Virus record (IMG/VR): IMGVR_UViG_3300018481_000001
Span: 35,991 to 99,990 of that record
DNA length: 64,000 nt
DNA from: a virus
Strand: one strand, 5' to 3'
Of this stretch, positions 37,482 through 48,322 are shown piece by piece. A program made the position numbers and the translations under genes. Below the pieces are notes generated by a model. The model saw only the letters and a program-made list of their open reading frames with translations, was not told the origin of the DNA and made no database searches. The number at the start of each line of letters is the position of its first letter. The first letter of the stretch is position 1.

Positions 37482-39446
37482 ATGGCTAAAAAAGCTCTTG
37501 GCTATACCACAAATTCTTCTCTGCCTATTGCAGTGGGGGATACGACACCCAATCCTGGACAGCCGGGAGTGAGTGTTTGGTCAACCATTGAAAACAGCGA
37601 AGTGTGGTGGAATGGTGTTTCCTGGGAAAAACCAGGGCTCACACTGTCCAATGGATATCCTGCCGATATTGGGAATTACCCCTCGAGTGGTGTGCAGACC
37701 GTGGCGGCGCGCGGAGACCATATCCATGCGCACGGGCAGCAGTCTGACCCTACGCAGCATGCGCTGGTGACGTATGACGAAGCCGGGTTTATGTCGCCTG
37801 AGGACAAGCTCGCGCTCGATACGATGACCCAGGGCCCAGGGGGTGTAGAGCTCGCGGTAATTACGGCAGCGCCTGTACAAGACAGTGGGTCTGTGGGTGT
37901 GTCGGAGAAGGCGGCGCGTGAGGACCATGCGCATGCCCACGGGGCACAGACCGACGGGACCATGCACGCAGCGGCGTCGAGCGGAGCCGCCGGGTTTATG
38001 ACCTCTGCCCAATTTACGAAATTGGCGGGGGTTGAACCCAATGCTCAAGTGGTGACGCTCGCGCGCATGAATAGTGCGACGGGGCGGGATGCAACGGTGG
38101 ACGGCACCAAGCTAGATACAATTGCGGAAGGAGCAACGAACACTCTGGCACCCCCGCTGGCACCTTCGAGCGCACCTCCAGCAATAGGGTCAGCGGGTGT
38201 AACAGGGACCCCAGGCACATACGCTACCGCCACGCACTCTCACGCGGGCGTCACCAGTTTTAATAGTCGCCAAGGCGCGATAAGCCCTGCGACGGGTGAT
38301 TATCACACAGGGCACATTGGCAATCAGTCGAGTGTAGATGGCACCACTGCGACGGATGCATTAAATTATATTGCCAATACTTTAATTAACGGCAAGGCCG
38401 AAAAGACTACAACCATTACAGCAGGCTCTGGACTTACCGGTGGGGGCAGTCTTGCGGCCGATCTCACGTTATCTGTGGGAGTTATTAATAATACGCAGCA
38501 TGGAAATCAAATAGGCGGCAGTCTCCATGCGTTGGCTACGACAACAACGCATGGCTTTATGTCGGGTCCCGATAAACAAATCCTTGATGACCTTGCAATC
38601 GCGAGTGCAAGTGGGGGTTTTACGGCAACGCCACAGGCCGAACAGGTTGTGGCACAAGCCACAGGGCATTTGTACGTACAACAAGTCGCTGGGCGCGAGA
38701 TGTTGGCGTTTGCACCAAGAAATAATACATTATCAAATATTCTTCAGCCACATTTGGGTGCCACACGGTTTGGTTTTTACCAAGGTGGCGGCTACAGCGG
38801 GCCGGTTCTTTTTAATTGGCAAGAAGCTACGACGGGCACTGTTTCCACCAATCAGGGTGGCGTTGGCATTACTGCCGCAGGTGTAGGGTACGCAACGGCA
38901 GCCGTTGCGGGGTCGAGTGCCTCTACCAAAATGCAAAATTGGGCGGTAAGTCGTTCGGGCGGGTCCTGGAATGGGTTTCATTATATTTGCCACTTCTCAT
39001 TCACAGATGCTGCGACCCTTCCCGCTCGATGGTTTGTGGGCTTGACCCATTATTCAACGTCGATGAGTAATAGTGCCGAAACTTCAGACCAACTCGCATT
39101 TCTTATTGGCGTGGGCATGGATTCTGGCGATACAAGCATAAAATTTATTACGACTACGGATGCGCTGATCGATAAACTAATTCTTGATACAACAATGGTA
39201 AAACCATTTTCAGTAGAAACGTCGCCGCATCATTACGAGTTACATCTTTATGCGCGGCCGGGTCTAAATGCCAAAGCAACATACATGTTAAAGCGCCTCG
39301 ATAAAGCTCCTAAAGAGCTGGTATCGGGTGAGCAGACACTTTGGCAAGATGCGTTTTACGTGCCCACGGTTTACTGTAATAATTTTATTTCTGCGAGCGC
39401 GAAACAGGTCGTCGTACACTCTCAGTACTTGGAAAGCAACAGGTAG
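37482..39446 (+). CDS. Tail fibre-like protein 1 with His-rich repeats
   Basis: AR.DH.HAHG.Q.D.T.HA...AGFM..KL repeats; Gly/Ala/Thr-rich. Confidence 0.75.
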   Translation: MAKKALGYTTNSSLPIAVGDTTPNPGQPGVSVWSTIENSEVWWNGVSWEKPGLTLSNGYPADIGNYPSSGVQTVAARGDHIHAHGQQSDPTQHALVTYDEAGFMSPEDKLALDTMTQGPGGVELAVITAAPVQDSGSVGVSEKAAREDHAHAHGAQTDGTMHAAASSGAAGFMTSAQFTKLAGVEPNAQVVTLARMNSATGRDATVDGTKLDTIAEGATNTLAPPLAPSSAPPAIGSAGVTGTPGTYATATHSHAGVTSFNSRQGAISPATGDYHTGHIGNQSSVDGTTATDALNYIANTLINGKAEKTTTITAGSGLTGGGSLAADLTLSVGVINNTQHGNQIGGSLHALATTTTHGFMSGPDKQILDDLAIASASGGFTATPQAEQVVAQATGHLYVQQVAGREMLAFAPRNNTLSNILQPHLGATRFGFYQGGGYSGPVLFNWQEATTGTVSTNQGGVGITAAGVGYATAAVAGSSASTKMQNWAVSRSGGSWNGFHYICHFSFTDAATLPARWFVGLTHYSTSMSNSAETSDQLAFLIGVGMDSGDTSIKFITTTDALIDKLILDTTMVKPFSVETSPHHYELHLYARPGLNAKATYMLKRLDKAPKELVSGEQTLWQDAFYVPTVYCNNFISASAKQVVVHSQYLESNR

Positions 39447-39452
39447 GCTGGC

Positions 39453-41549
39453 ATGAGTAAAAAAATTCTCAACTACGTTGCGCCCCCCGCACTGGCCATT
39501 ACTTCGGGTGCAACGACGCCAAATCCTGGGATTGCGGGTATTTCTGTTTGGTCTACGATCGAGCAGAAAATGGTGACGTGGAACGGAACGTCCTGGATTT
39601 CCGGGGGTATTACTCTGGGGTCAAGTGCAGCAGTGGATATTGCAATTGCGAGTAGCCCTGGCGCTGCTGTGACAGCTGCGCGTAGTGACCACGTGCACGC
39701 CCATGGCAATTTGTCTGTGGGTAACTTGCACGCGTTGGCAACCGGGTCGCTGCATGGATTTATGTCTTCTGCTGATTTTACGAAATTGGCAGGAATTGCA
39801 GCGGGGGCGACTGCGACGCCTTTGTCGACAGTAAATCCTTCGGCAGTGAGTACGGCGGCAGCCATTGGTAGCAGTATTCAAGCGGCCAAGGCAGACCACG
39901 TACACGCACACGGGGCGCAACCTTTGGGGGATGGGACAAGCCACGCGGTAGTAAATGGAACTACCGCCGGATTTATGTCCTCGGCCGATTATACAAAATT
40001 GGCAGGCATTGCGCCGGGAGCTGGTTCGACGCCTTTGTCGCTTGTGGCGCCCCCGGCGATTCAAGTCACGGGTGCTGTGGGCACGAGCAGTTCGGTGGCT
40101 CGAGGCGACCACGTGCACGCTCATGGGGCGCAAACTGACGGTACCTTGCACGGGCTTGCAACGGGTTCGCTTAATGGATTTATGTCTCCTGCTCAATTTA
40201 CGAAATTGGCGGGCATTGCGACGGGAGCAACAGCGACGACTTTGAGTACGACGACGCCGACGGCTATTGGAGTGACGGGGGCAGCAGGTAGTGGCACGTC
40301 GGCATCAAAGTTTGATCACGTGCATGCGCATGGGGTGCAGACCGATGGGACGCTGCATGCATTGGCTACTGGCAGCGTAAATGGATTCATGTCCGCCGCT
40401 GATTTTACGAAATTGGCGGGGATTGCAGCGGGAGCGACCGCAGCGCCTTATGGAAGCACAACGCCTACGACGCTGTCTTTGACAGCAACAGGTGCTGTAG
40501 GCGTAGCAACGGCTATTTCTAGGGCGGACCACACACACCCGCACGGAAACCAAACGATAACTACGTTGCATGCTGTAGCAACGGGATCTGCAAATGGATT
40601 TTTGTCTTCGGCAAATTTTACGAAATTGGCCGGAATACCATTAACAACGGTAACTAGCGCGGGTGCTGGAGACGTTGGGAAAATCCCAGTTTTGGATTCT
40701 ACTGGGCGAATCGACGCAAGTCTCGCCAGTGCGGGCTCTTTTGATGTATCTCAAAATACGATTACTTTTACAGATCAAGCAGAACAATTAAATACAGCAA
40801 CTACAGGCGCTAAGCTTTATGTTGCGAATTTTGCGGAACGTCGAATGCTAGTGCTGGCCGCGCCAAATTCTGCGCCAATGCAACCGCTACAACCGTGTCT
40901 AGGTACGGGGCATATTGCAGTTTGGAATCCGGCCGGAAGTGCAGGAGCCGGTTTTGGATTTTTGGATGTAACTGTAGGCACAATTGTATATGCCACAGGA
41001 ATAAATTCAGGATCCAATGCCACGATTTCGACGGGTTCAGCTAATAATAGTTTGGCTTATTTGCGTAATGCTTGGGGCGTTTCACGCACGTTTGGTTTCC
41101 ATTATATTGCACAATTTCAATTAGCGACTGTGGCAACCCGCTGGTTTGTTGGATTGAGCAGTGCGCCACTAGGGTCAGGAGACCCGGCTGCGCAGCCAGT
41201 TAATCTCATTGGATTTGGACAAGAAACTGGTGACAGTCTTATCAGTATTATTACATCGACAGCCGTCGGAGGCCAACAAGTAAAGGTACCGTTTACGGGC
41301 TGGCCTACCCCAACACCCAATACATCTACCTATGAAGCACATATTTTTTGTTCTGCAGCGGATACAACAAAAGTCGGGTACATGCTTCGAAGAATTCAGG
41401 TAACTCCGAACGTAATTGTTTCTGGAATTATTAGTACAGGTCTGCCAGACCCAACCGTTACGGTAAATCCAATAATTTGGCTATCCAATGGTTTGGTAGG
41501 TGACTTCCAAATCATGCGGCTTACGTCGCAGTACCATGAAAGGTATTGA
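39453..41549 (+). CDS. Tail fibre-like protein 2 with five ~70-aa His-rich repeats
   Basis: DHVHAHG...LHALATGS..GFMS.ADFTKLAGI-type unit x5. Confidence 0.8.
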   Translation: MSKKILNYVAPPALAITSGATTPNPGIAGISVWSTIEQKMVTWNGTSWISGGITLGSSAAVDIAIASSPGAAVTAARSDHVHAHGNLSVGNLHALATGSLHGFMSSADFTKLAGIAAGATATPLSTVNPSAVSTAAAIGSSIQAAKADHVHAHGAQPLGDGTSHAVVNGTTAGFMSSADYTKLAGIAPGAGSTPLSLVAPPAIQVTGAVGTSSSVARGDHVHAHGAQTDGTLHGLATGSLNGFMSPAQFTKLAGIATGATATTLSTTTPTAIGVTGAAGSGTSASKFDHVHAHGVQTDGTLHALATGSVNGFMSAADFTKLAGIAAGATAAPYGSTTPTTLSLTATGAVGVATAISRADHTHPHGNQTITTLHAVATGSANGFLSSANFTKLAGIPLTTVTSAGAGDVGKIPVLDSTGRIDASLASAGSFDVSQNTITFTDQAEQLNTATTGAKLYVANFAERRMLVLAAPNSAPMQPLQPCLGTGHIAVWNPAGSAGAGFGFLDVTVGTIVYATGINSGSNATISTGSANNSLAYLRNAWGVSRTFGFHYIAQFQLATVATRWFVGLSSAPLGSGDPAAQPVNLIGFGQETGDSLISIITSTAVGGQQVKVPFTGWPTPTPNTSTYEAHIFCSAADTTKVGYMLRRIQVTPNVIVSGIISTGLPDPTVTVNPIIWLSNGLVGDFQIMRLTSQYHERY

Positions 41550-41557
41550 GGTAAAGT

Positions 41558-43759
41558 ATGCCAAAAAAAGCTCTTAATTATTTGGTTTTGCCCTCACGAC
41601 CTATTGCGGCGGGAGCAGCGACGCCAAATCCAGGTATTGTTGGCGTGAGCATCTGGTCTAGCACAGAAATTGCTGAATTAATTTGGGATGGTACGAGCTG
41701 GCAATTGTCTGGCGCAGGGCTTAGCGCTACCACGCCACTTACATTGGTAAGCACGACCTCTGCAGCGGGGACTGCTTCAACGGCGGCTAAGACAGACCAT
41801 ACGCATGCACATGGTATTCAGAGTGGTACGTCGTTGCATGAATTAGCGTCGGGCTCTAGCGCTGGTTTTATATCGTCGACTGATTTTACGAAATTAGCGA
41901 GCATTGCTGCCAATGCGAGCGTACTGGCAATTACGGTATCTACAACACCCTCTGACTTGAGTACAGCGGCTATTGGAACGAGTACGGAAGCAGCACACGC
42001 TGATCACGAACACCGCCATGGTTCACAAACTGACGGGACGCACCACGCACTAGCTACTGGCAGTGTGCCGGGATTTATGGCGCCCGCTGACTTCACGAAG
42101 CTAGGACTCGTGGAAGAAGGAGCCACTGCGCCACAGACCTTAGGGGGTGGTCCGAGTGTGTTGGCTTTGACAGGTGCAGCGGGTTCTTTATCAACGGTGT
42201 CGCGCCAAGATCACACACATACGCATAACGTATTTACGGACCCAACGTTACACGCACCTGCAAATGGAACGACCGCTGGATTTATGACATCCAGTGATTT
42301 TACGAAATTGGCAAGTAGCGTAACAAGTGCAACCAGTACACCTGTTGAAACGACTATTGCACCACAACCATTACATGCGACAGCAGGTTCTGCAGGGTCT
42401 GCAATTGGCGCGAGTGCTGATACGCACGTGCATCCGCACGGCGCACAAACTACGGCAACACACCATGCTGCTGTAACAGCAAGTGTTGCTGGGTTTATGA
42501 CGGCAGCACAATATACTAAATTGGAAGGCATTTCTCCGGGAGCACCCGCAGAAGCACTACCTACCCTGGCTACAGGGGCGCCGCCAGCGATTACTGCAAC
42601 CGGTGACGCGGGTGTTTTGACGACTGCTGCACGAGAAAACCATATCCATGCACATGGAGATTTAACTGACCCTTCTCTCCATGCAGTAGCAACTGCGTCT
42701 GTGCCAGGGTTTGTTCCGTCAGCATTGCAAGCAAAACTTGATGCGCTGGTATACGCAGTTGCAGGGCAAGGAGTAGCGAATGCGGGAAAAGTTATACTAT
42801 TGGATGCAACAGGTAAAATTGCTTCAGAATATGCGGGAGACGGCTCGCGAGGCACGATTGATAATCCCACACAAGACATAATTAATTTAGCGGTGGCGCC
42901 CACCCAGCCTGTTACATATAGCGGCACTGGAGGCGGTAAAATTTATATTAAAAATATAAATAGTATAAACAAACTACAATTTGCACCGGCAAATGATCAA
43001 TCAGTAAGACCGATTCAACAATTTTTGGGCACCACAAAAAGCCAGTATCTTGGATTTATGCTTCCTACTGCAACACAGTATAATTTTCGATGTGGTGCGG
43101 GGGTTTCTGCAGGTTCTAACGATATTGTTTCAAATGAGATAATTCGTGAACGCAGTTGTTATAACATAGTAGCAGGCTATACTGCTAGCACATATTCAAC
43201 AGCGGCATTTACTGCATCGAGTATGGCGGTTAGAAGAAGTAATGGATTTTATATTATCTTTACGTATAATGAAGGGGGCGCAGGAAAACTGTGCTGGGTG
43301 AATGCCATTAATGGCATGGCGTTCATTGGATTAAGTCCGCAGTATGATTATACGACTTCTCCTGGAGTATTTAACAATACGCCTAATCGACTTGGATTTG
43401 GACTTGTGCGGTATACAACTGCGGGTAATACAGACACCACACGTGAAAGAAGGGTAACCTCATCCGATGCAACAGGGTCCCCACCATCGAGTTGGCGTGC
43501 ATTGACCACCCATATTCCAACTAATACCGATATCATGGAATTGCATATATTTTGTACACCATTCGATACAACAAAAGTATATTGGCAAATAAAAAATACA
43601 ACGGTCAACGTGTCTGAAGAAGGAATTATTACAGGGAGCTTACCTGCCGTAAACAGTTTATTGACGCCTGGTATGTATTACCAAAATTATGCGAACGCAA
43701 CGGTGCTCAGTAGTATGAATCTTTTAAGCATCTATACAGAACAACCCGTCTACATGTAA
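41558..43759 (+). CDS. Tail fibre-like protein 3 with five His-rich repeats
   Basis: Same N-terminus and repeat unit as the two preceding genes; divergent C-terminal head. Confidence 0.8.
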   Translation: MPKKALNYLVLPSRPIAAGAATPNPGIVGVSIWSSTEIAELIWDGTSWQLSGAGLSATTPLTLVSTTSAAGTASTAAKTDHTHAHGIQSGTSLHELASGSSAGFISSTDFTKLASIAANASVLAITVSTTPSDLSTAAIGTSTEAAHADHEHRHGSQTDGTHHALATGSVPGFMAPADFTKLGLVEEGATAPQTLGGGPSVLALTGAAGSLSTVSRQDHTHTHNVFTDPTLHAPANGTTAGFMTSSDFTKLASSVTSATSTPVETTIAPQPLHATAGSAGSAIGASADTHVHPHGAQTTATHHAAVTASVAGFMTAAQYTKLEGISPGAPAEALPTLATGAPPAITATGDAGVLTTAARENHIHAHGDLTDPSLHAVATASVPGFVPSALQAKLDALVYAVAGQGVANAGKVILLDATGKIASEYAGDGSRGTIDNPTQDIINLAVAPTQPVTYSGTGGGKIYIKNINSINKLQFAPANDQSVRPIQQFLGTTKSQYLGFMLPTATQYNFRCGAGVSAGSNDIVSNEIIRERSCYNIVAGYTASTYSTAAFTASSMAVRRSNGFYIIFTYNEGGAGKLCWVNAINGMAFIGLSPQYDYTTSPGVFNNTPNRLGFGLVRYTTAGNTDTTRERRVTSSDATGSPPSSWRALTTHIPTNTDIMELHIFCTPFDTTKVYWQIKNTTVNVSEEGIITGSLPAVNSLLTPGMYYQNYANATVLSSMNLLSIYTEQPVYM

Positions 43760-43767
43760 AGGTCCAA

Positions 43768-44295
43768 ATGCCGACGCCCTTCCGGATCAAACAAATCGAA
43801 AACAATCGCTGGGTTCCAAATCACCTGAGTGTGATGAATTCAGCTCACTACTCGCATGGAGGGGATCAACCCGCTCTGTTTGTTGATATTCGAAACAGTT
43901 TGTTTGCAGCAATAGACAATCAGTTACCCGGTGAATTCACCAAGGATGGTGAAATTGATAACTATAAAGAACATCTTTTCTCGCGCATCGACCAACGTAC
44001 CCGTGAAAAGATTGCCGACGGGTTCATGTTCGAGGGGATGGTTTTTTCTCTCTCGAGCAATGCGCAAACTAACTATATCGCCATGCTCGCCGCAAAAAGC
44101 ATGCTGTCATATCCGGTGACGATTAATACGCTGGATGATTCGGATGTGCTGTCCCTTGCGGACGAAGATGCCGTGACGCATTTTTGTAGTACTGCATTGA
44201 ATGCAGCCCGCGAAGTTATTGACGTGGGGTCTGAACTAAAGCAGGAAGTACGACAGGCAAATACGTCGGAGCAGCTTAATGACATCACCATTTAG
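43768..44295 (+). CDS. Tail fibre assembly-like protein (DUF4376-like)
   Basis: I..GF.FEG..FSLS..AQ.N and LKQEV..A.T.EQL..I; follows the fibre genes. Confidence 0.6.
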   Translation: MPTPFRIKQIENNRWVPNHLSVMNSAHYSHGGDQPALFVDIRNSLFAAIDNQLPGEFTKDGEIDNYKEHLFSRIDQRTREKIADGFMFEGMVFSLSSNAQTNYIAMLAAKSMLSYPVTINTLDDSDVLSLADEDAVTHFCSTALNAAREVIDVGSELKQEVRQANTSEQLNDITI

Positions 44296-44340
44296 TTCGT
44301 ATCTTTGACAGAGCTGGCTTGCTTCGTGTATCTACGACGG

Positions 44341-44841
44341 ATGCATACCCCCATCCGCGTAATTGTTGTTTTTTGTGGCGTTTTGTTTGGCTGCGGCGCC
44401 CACCGAAGCTTGTTAAATTCATCGACCTATGGCGCGTGTTTCAATCACAGTGCGCCTTATGTTTCGCCCTTGAGCGGTAGCGCGAGCAATCCAGCGGTTT
44501 GCATGCCGGAGCAAATTGCGGGGTACATTATGTGCGCGGAGCGTCTTGGCATTGGCCAACAAAATGCCAGTGCGAGTTCGGAAAGCGCATTTAAAGTAGC
44601 GGCCGAATATGCGAAAGTAAATGCGAGTGTTGATACTAAAAAAGCAGATACCTTATCGGTCGCCGTGACTGCGGACGCGAATCTCACCAATGCGAAATCG
44701 TATGCGTTGTTAGCGTGTGTACGCATTCTGGGAGAGCCAAGTCGTGATAAAGAGGCGCCTAACGACGCCACCAAGGCAACGCCGCCTAAGGCGCAGCTTC
44801 CGCCAACACCCGCTCTGGCGCCCTTGCCTGCACCACAATGA
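44341..44841 (+). CDS. Putative lipoprotein
   Basis: Signal-like VIVVFCGVLFGC lipobox; Pro-rich tail. Confidence 0.45.
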   Translation: MHTPIRVIVVFCGVLFGCGAHRSLLNSSTYGACFNHSAPYVSPLSGSASNPAVCMPEQIAGYIMCAERLGIGQQNASASSESAFKVAAEYAKVNASVDTKKADTLSVAVTADANLTNAKSYALLACVRILGEPSRDKEAPNDATKATPPKAQLPPTPALAPLPAPQ

Positions 44842-45191
44842 CCTAAAAAATAAACAGCTAGGAACTGACCACAGCTGATATCGCAGACGGCCAACTGCCA
44901 ATCCTTGAACTTATATTTCGGCGAAGCACGCCGGCTGTGGTCAGATCCTAACTGTCTATTAGAGCGCGCAAGCGGGTCATTGTATCAACGCTTGGGTTTG
45001 AAATTTTTTTCCGTTTCTACAATCCAAGTCTGTATTTCTGCCATCTTATTCTCAAACTCTGCAGGAGGAAGATCGAGAAGGCTTTCGACAGCGTCTTTTT
45101 TAGACTTATGCTTCGCTATAACAATTCTACATTTAGCCATGATGATTACCTCTATAACCCTATACCAGGGAATATAGTGTTTTTATGTTAA

Positions 45192-45374
45192 TTATTTAAA
45201 ATAAAGGTCGTAGGCGATTTTGCTTCGTGAGCTTGCAAGATCACGCCGATCGAGCTCCTCAAGCGCGATTATTAGTGTCGCGGTAATGCCCTTGCCAGTA
45301 GCCTGTTGCACGCGCTGAAGTAATTCAGCAGGCAGTTTAACGGTAACTCTTTTAATGTCTCTGGGGCGATCCAT
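45192..45374 (-). CDS. Ribbon-helix-helix / antitoxin-like small protein
   Basis: KRVTVKLPAELL..VQ..TG.GIT.T. Confidence 0.5.
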   Translation of the reverse strand: MDRPRDIKRVTVKLPAELLQRVQQATGKGITATLIIALEELDRRDLASSRSKIAYDLYFK

Positions 45375-45377
45375 GTA

Positions 45378-45686
45378 TCACCCAGTTTTACGCACCGAAA
45401 CTTCAGAATTAATTGTCTCAGCGTAAGTTTGCTCCGCCAGACGGAGTTCATACGCTTTTTGACAATTCATCCAAAACTCTGCTGACATGCTGAAATGCCG
45501 CGCCAAGCGCAGTGCTGTCTCTGCAGTCATGCCACGCTTCTCTGCCACTAGCATGGTAATGCGGTTAGGTGGCACCTTGAGCGCATGGGCAAGTGCGCTC
45601 GCTGATAGGTTCATGGGAACTAAAAACTCTTCGCGCAGCATTTCGCCAGGGTGCACCGGGCGCATTCCATTCTTAATTTTAGGCAT
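45378..45686 (-). CDS. higA: HigA family antitoxin
   Basis: MRPVHPGEMLREEFLVP..LSASALA.ALKVPPNRIT...KRGMTAETALRLA.HF..SAEFW.N.Q..YEL. Confidence 0.93.
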   Translation of the reverse strand: MPKIKNGMRPVHPGEMLREEFLVPMNLSASALAHALKVPPNRITMLVAEKRGMTAETALRLARHFSMSAEFWMNCQKAYELRLAEQTYAETINSEVSVRKTG

Positions 45687-45693
45687 AACGACC

Positions 45694-45987
45694 TCAGTGG
45701 TAATCAACAATTTCTACTTTTGCAGGACCTTTTACCGTCCAAACAAAACAAATTCTGTACTGTGCATTAACACGAATTGAATATTGCCCGATGCGGTCTC
45801 GCTTGAGTGCCTCGAGTTTATTTTGTGGCGGGACACGTAAATCTCTTAAATCAACTGCGTTATCCAGGCGTTCAAGCTTACGTACCGCTACGTTTCTAAG
45901 GAAACGAAACCGCGAGTGACACCGAGTGCCCCGAAAGAGCGCCTCAGTGTCTTTACAAGCAAACGATTGAATCACGCGGGAAAGCAT
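45694..45987 (-). CDS. higB: HigB (RelE-like) toxin
   Basis: IQSFACKDTEALF...RKL..L.....L.DLRVPP.NKLEALK.DR.GQYSIRVN.QYRICF.W....VEIVDYH; upstream of higA. Confidence 0.93.
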   Translation of the reverse strand: MLSRVIQSFACKDTEALFRGTRCHSRFRFLRNVAVRKLERLDNAVDLRDLRVPPQNKLEALKRDRIGQYSIRVNAQYRICFVWTVKGPAKVEIVDYH

Positions 45988-46228
45988 AGCAGACCGTACG
46001 CGGTATGTACAGCGTATTGTTCGTGACCCACAACCCGAAGTTACTTTTTCTTGAGCAGCTTGAGCTGGCGGTCGATTTCAGATTCTTGGGCATTTATGTT
46101 AGACCAATAATCTGGGATTTTTTTGAGCTCAGTCTTGGCTGCTTCGATATCGCCTTTACATCGCGCGAAAAGAAGTCTCCCCAATTCAATGAGAGCTGGG
46201 GTTAGTTGATAAATAAATTTAGCCCAGA

Positions 46229-46609
46229 TCATGAAATGCCTCCTAAGCTGCGAAAGAGCAACTTGAGATCCTCGAGTGTCTCTTGTGCTTCTGCGAGTTT
46301 ACCTTCGGCGATATACGCACGTGCTGTGTCGTGTTTTGTGCGTAGTGCATCGAAGACGGCGCGTATCTTTACGCAGCGCTCGCGAATTTTAGCAATTTCC
46401 TCGCCAGCTTTTTCAGGTGGGACATCGTTGGCCTTGGCCGCATTGAGCGCCGCGTATTGCGCACTTAAGCACCCGTCGGAGGCGAGCTTAGATGCGGGCC
46501 CGATGACCTCTGCCATCACGTCGAGGCCACTGCGGATGGCCATGTCGGGGTTGGCAGTGATGGCGCAGGAGCTAAAAAAAAGAATCGCTGCACAGAGAAT
46601 AACTCGCAT
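46229..46609 (-). CDS. Putative lipoprotein
   Basis: MRVILCAAILFFSSC lipobox. Confidence 0.55.
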   Translation of the reverse strand: MRVILCAAILFFSSCAITANPDMAIRSGLDVMAEVIGPASKLASDGCLSAQYAALNAAKANDVPPEKAGEEIAKIRERCVKIRAVFDALRTKHDTARAYIAEGKLAEAQETLEDLKLLFRSLGGIS

Positions 46610-48322
46610 GGAGCTATTATTGGCGATTCTCCGCGATGATGGTTTTGACCGTGGAGGGACTTACGCCGAGACGCTTGGCATTTTCGATGACCGTCTCACT
46701 CGAGCGAATGTCCGAAAGGTGCAAGTTTTTGGCGCGAATCTCAGCGTGCGTTCGTTGCAGTTCCGTAAGCGTACGGTCACGCCCAGGGGTTTGTAGAAGC
46801 ATCTCAAGTGCAGCATCTGCTGCTTCGAATGCGTATTCGTTGCAGGAGATTAACATGACCACCTCGTTTTCGGTACGGATGGTCACGCGTGTATCGGTGT
46901 ATTCGACTTTAATGTCTTGTGCATCCGGCCATGCACGGGTCGCTAAATCATATAAATGGGGTAGCCGTACATTTGGCGTCATAGGTTCCCAGATAGTAGG
47001 AAAACAATAGCCAATACAAAAGTGCAATAATACTTGGCGCCCTTATTTAGGGAGTACCCACATTACAGGAATGCTTTCCAAGTGGAGGAGCTCTCCGGTG
47101 GCGTGAAGCCGTAAAATGACTTCTTCAGCTGCGTGGATGGCCATGCCTGCTTTTTGTGCGATTTCAACGGTGGTCAAAGGAAACTGAGATTCTCCTAGGA
47201 CCGTACGCACGCTGTAATTAGCCATCTCCATAATCTGTTCAGGAGAACGAAATTTCCCGTTAATTATCATACGCGTCTCCTTACCATGTCAGGTGCTGGA
47301 TTGGATTCATGACTGACAACAGTATACCCACGCCGTGCAAGATAGGCTTGCAACCGTTCATTAATAATGCTCTGCACGAAAAAGCCAAATTGCGGCTCGT
47401 ATTTGTCTAGAAATTTTGTGAGAGCTCCGTTGCCGGGTTTTGTGGCGTCCATCGATGCAAGCTCAAAGTCTACACCAGGCCCGCGAATATTTATGCCTCT
47501 AATTCTTGAGGCTGCTCTACGAACATAGATACTTAAACCAGGAGCTCGTACCCACGCGCGATCTTCTTTACCGACTATAAACTGCTCAAATTTCATACTT
47601 CCTCAATCAGGTACAGCAGACGCCACGGCCTCCTCGAGCGCCTCTTTTCCAGGGGCGACAGCTCGAATAGTTTCTCGAATTTGGAACAGGCCTTGTGCCA
47701 AATCTGGGTGCTGGAAGGCTGCGCAGATTTGTTCGGCACCACCGAGGTTAAATCGCATCAGCGCTATTTCAGCTTCTGTACCTTCGAGACTCACAGGTTT
47801 GACTTCACCTTCGTCCGTGGGGACGCGGATGGTGATCACACTGAAGTTGCCGCTGGTTTCATCAGCACGGATGTCGAAGCGAATTCCTGAGCTCATTTGA
47901 TTCCCCCTGTGCACTGCGGCAAACTCTCTGCATGAGTGAAACACCCAAAGAGCGTGAACCGTGGCCCTCACCAGAAGTGGCCACCCCTAAGCCAGCTGTA
48001 ACACAAACCACCCCAGATGAGTCAAAACAATGGGCGGAGAAATACGGGGAAGACAACCCGGAGCGCAAGGTGGAGACTAAGGACGAGAAAGAATACAGCT
48101 TGCGCCAGACCATTGAAGCGAAGGAGCCAAATAAATCCGAAGCGCTAAATGTGGTAGCGTGGTCGACCGAAGAAACGGCGACAATTCTTGGCTACATCGC
48201 CGATGCACCTACCAAAGACGCGTCGGTATTGGCCCAGGAATTTCTGGCCAAGCATCCTGGTAAGCCCGTCGAAGTGGTGCAAGCGTACATCTTTAAGTTG
48301 CGCAACAAAGAAGCGAACGCAG

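Noticed and set aside
37482-43759. Diversity-generating retroelement acting on the fibres
   Set aside because: No TR/VR pair differing only at adenines was seen, and no RT; the repeats are ordinary coding repeats
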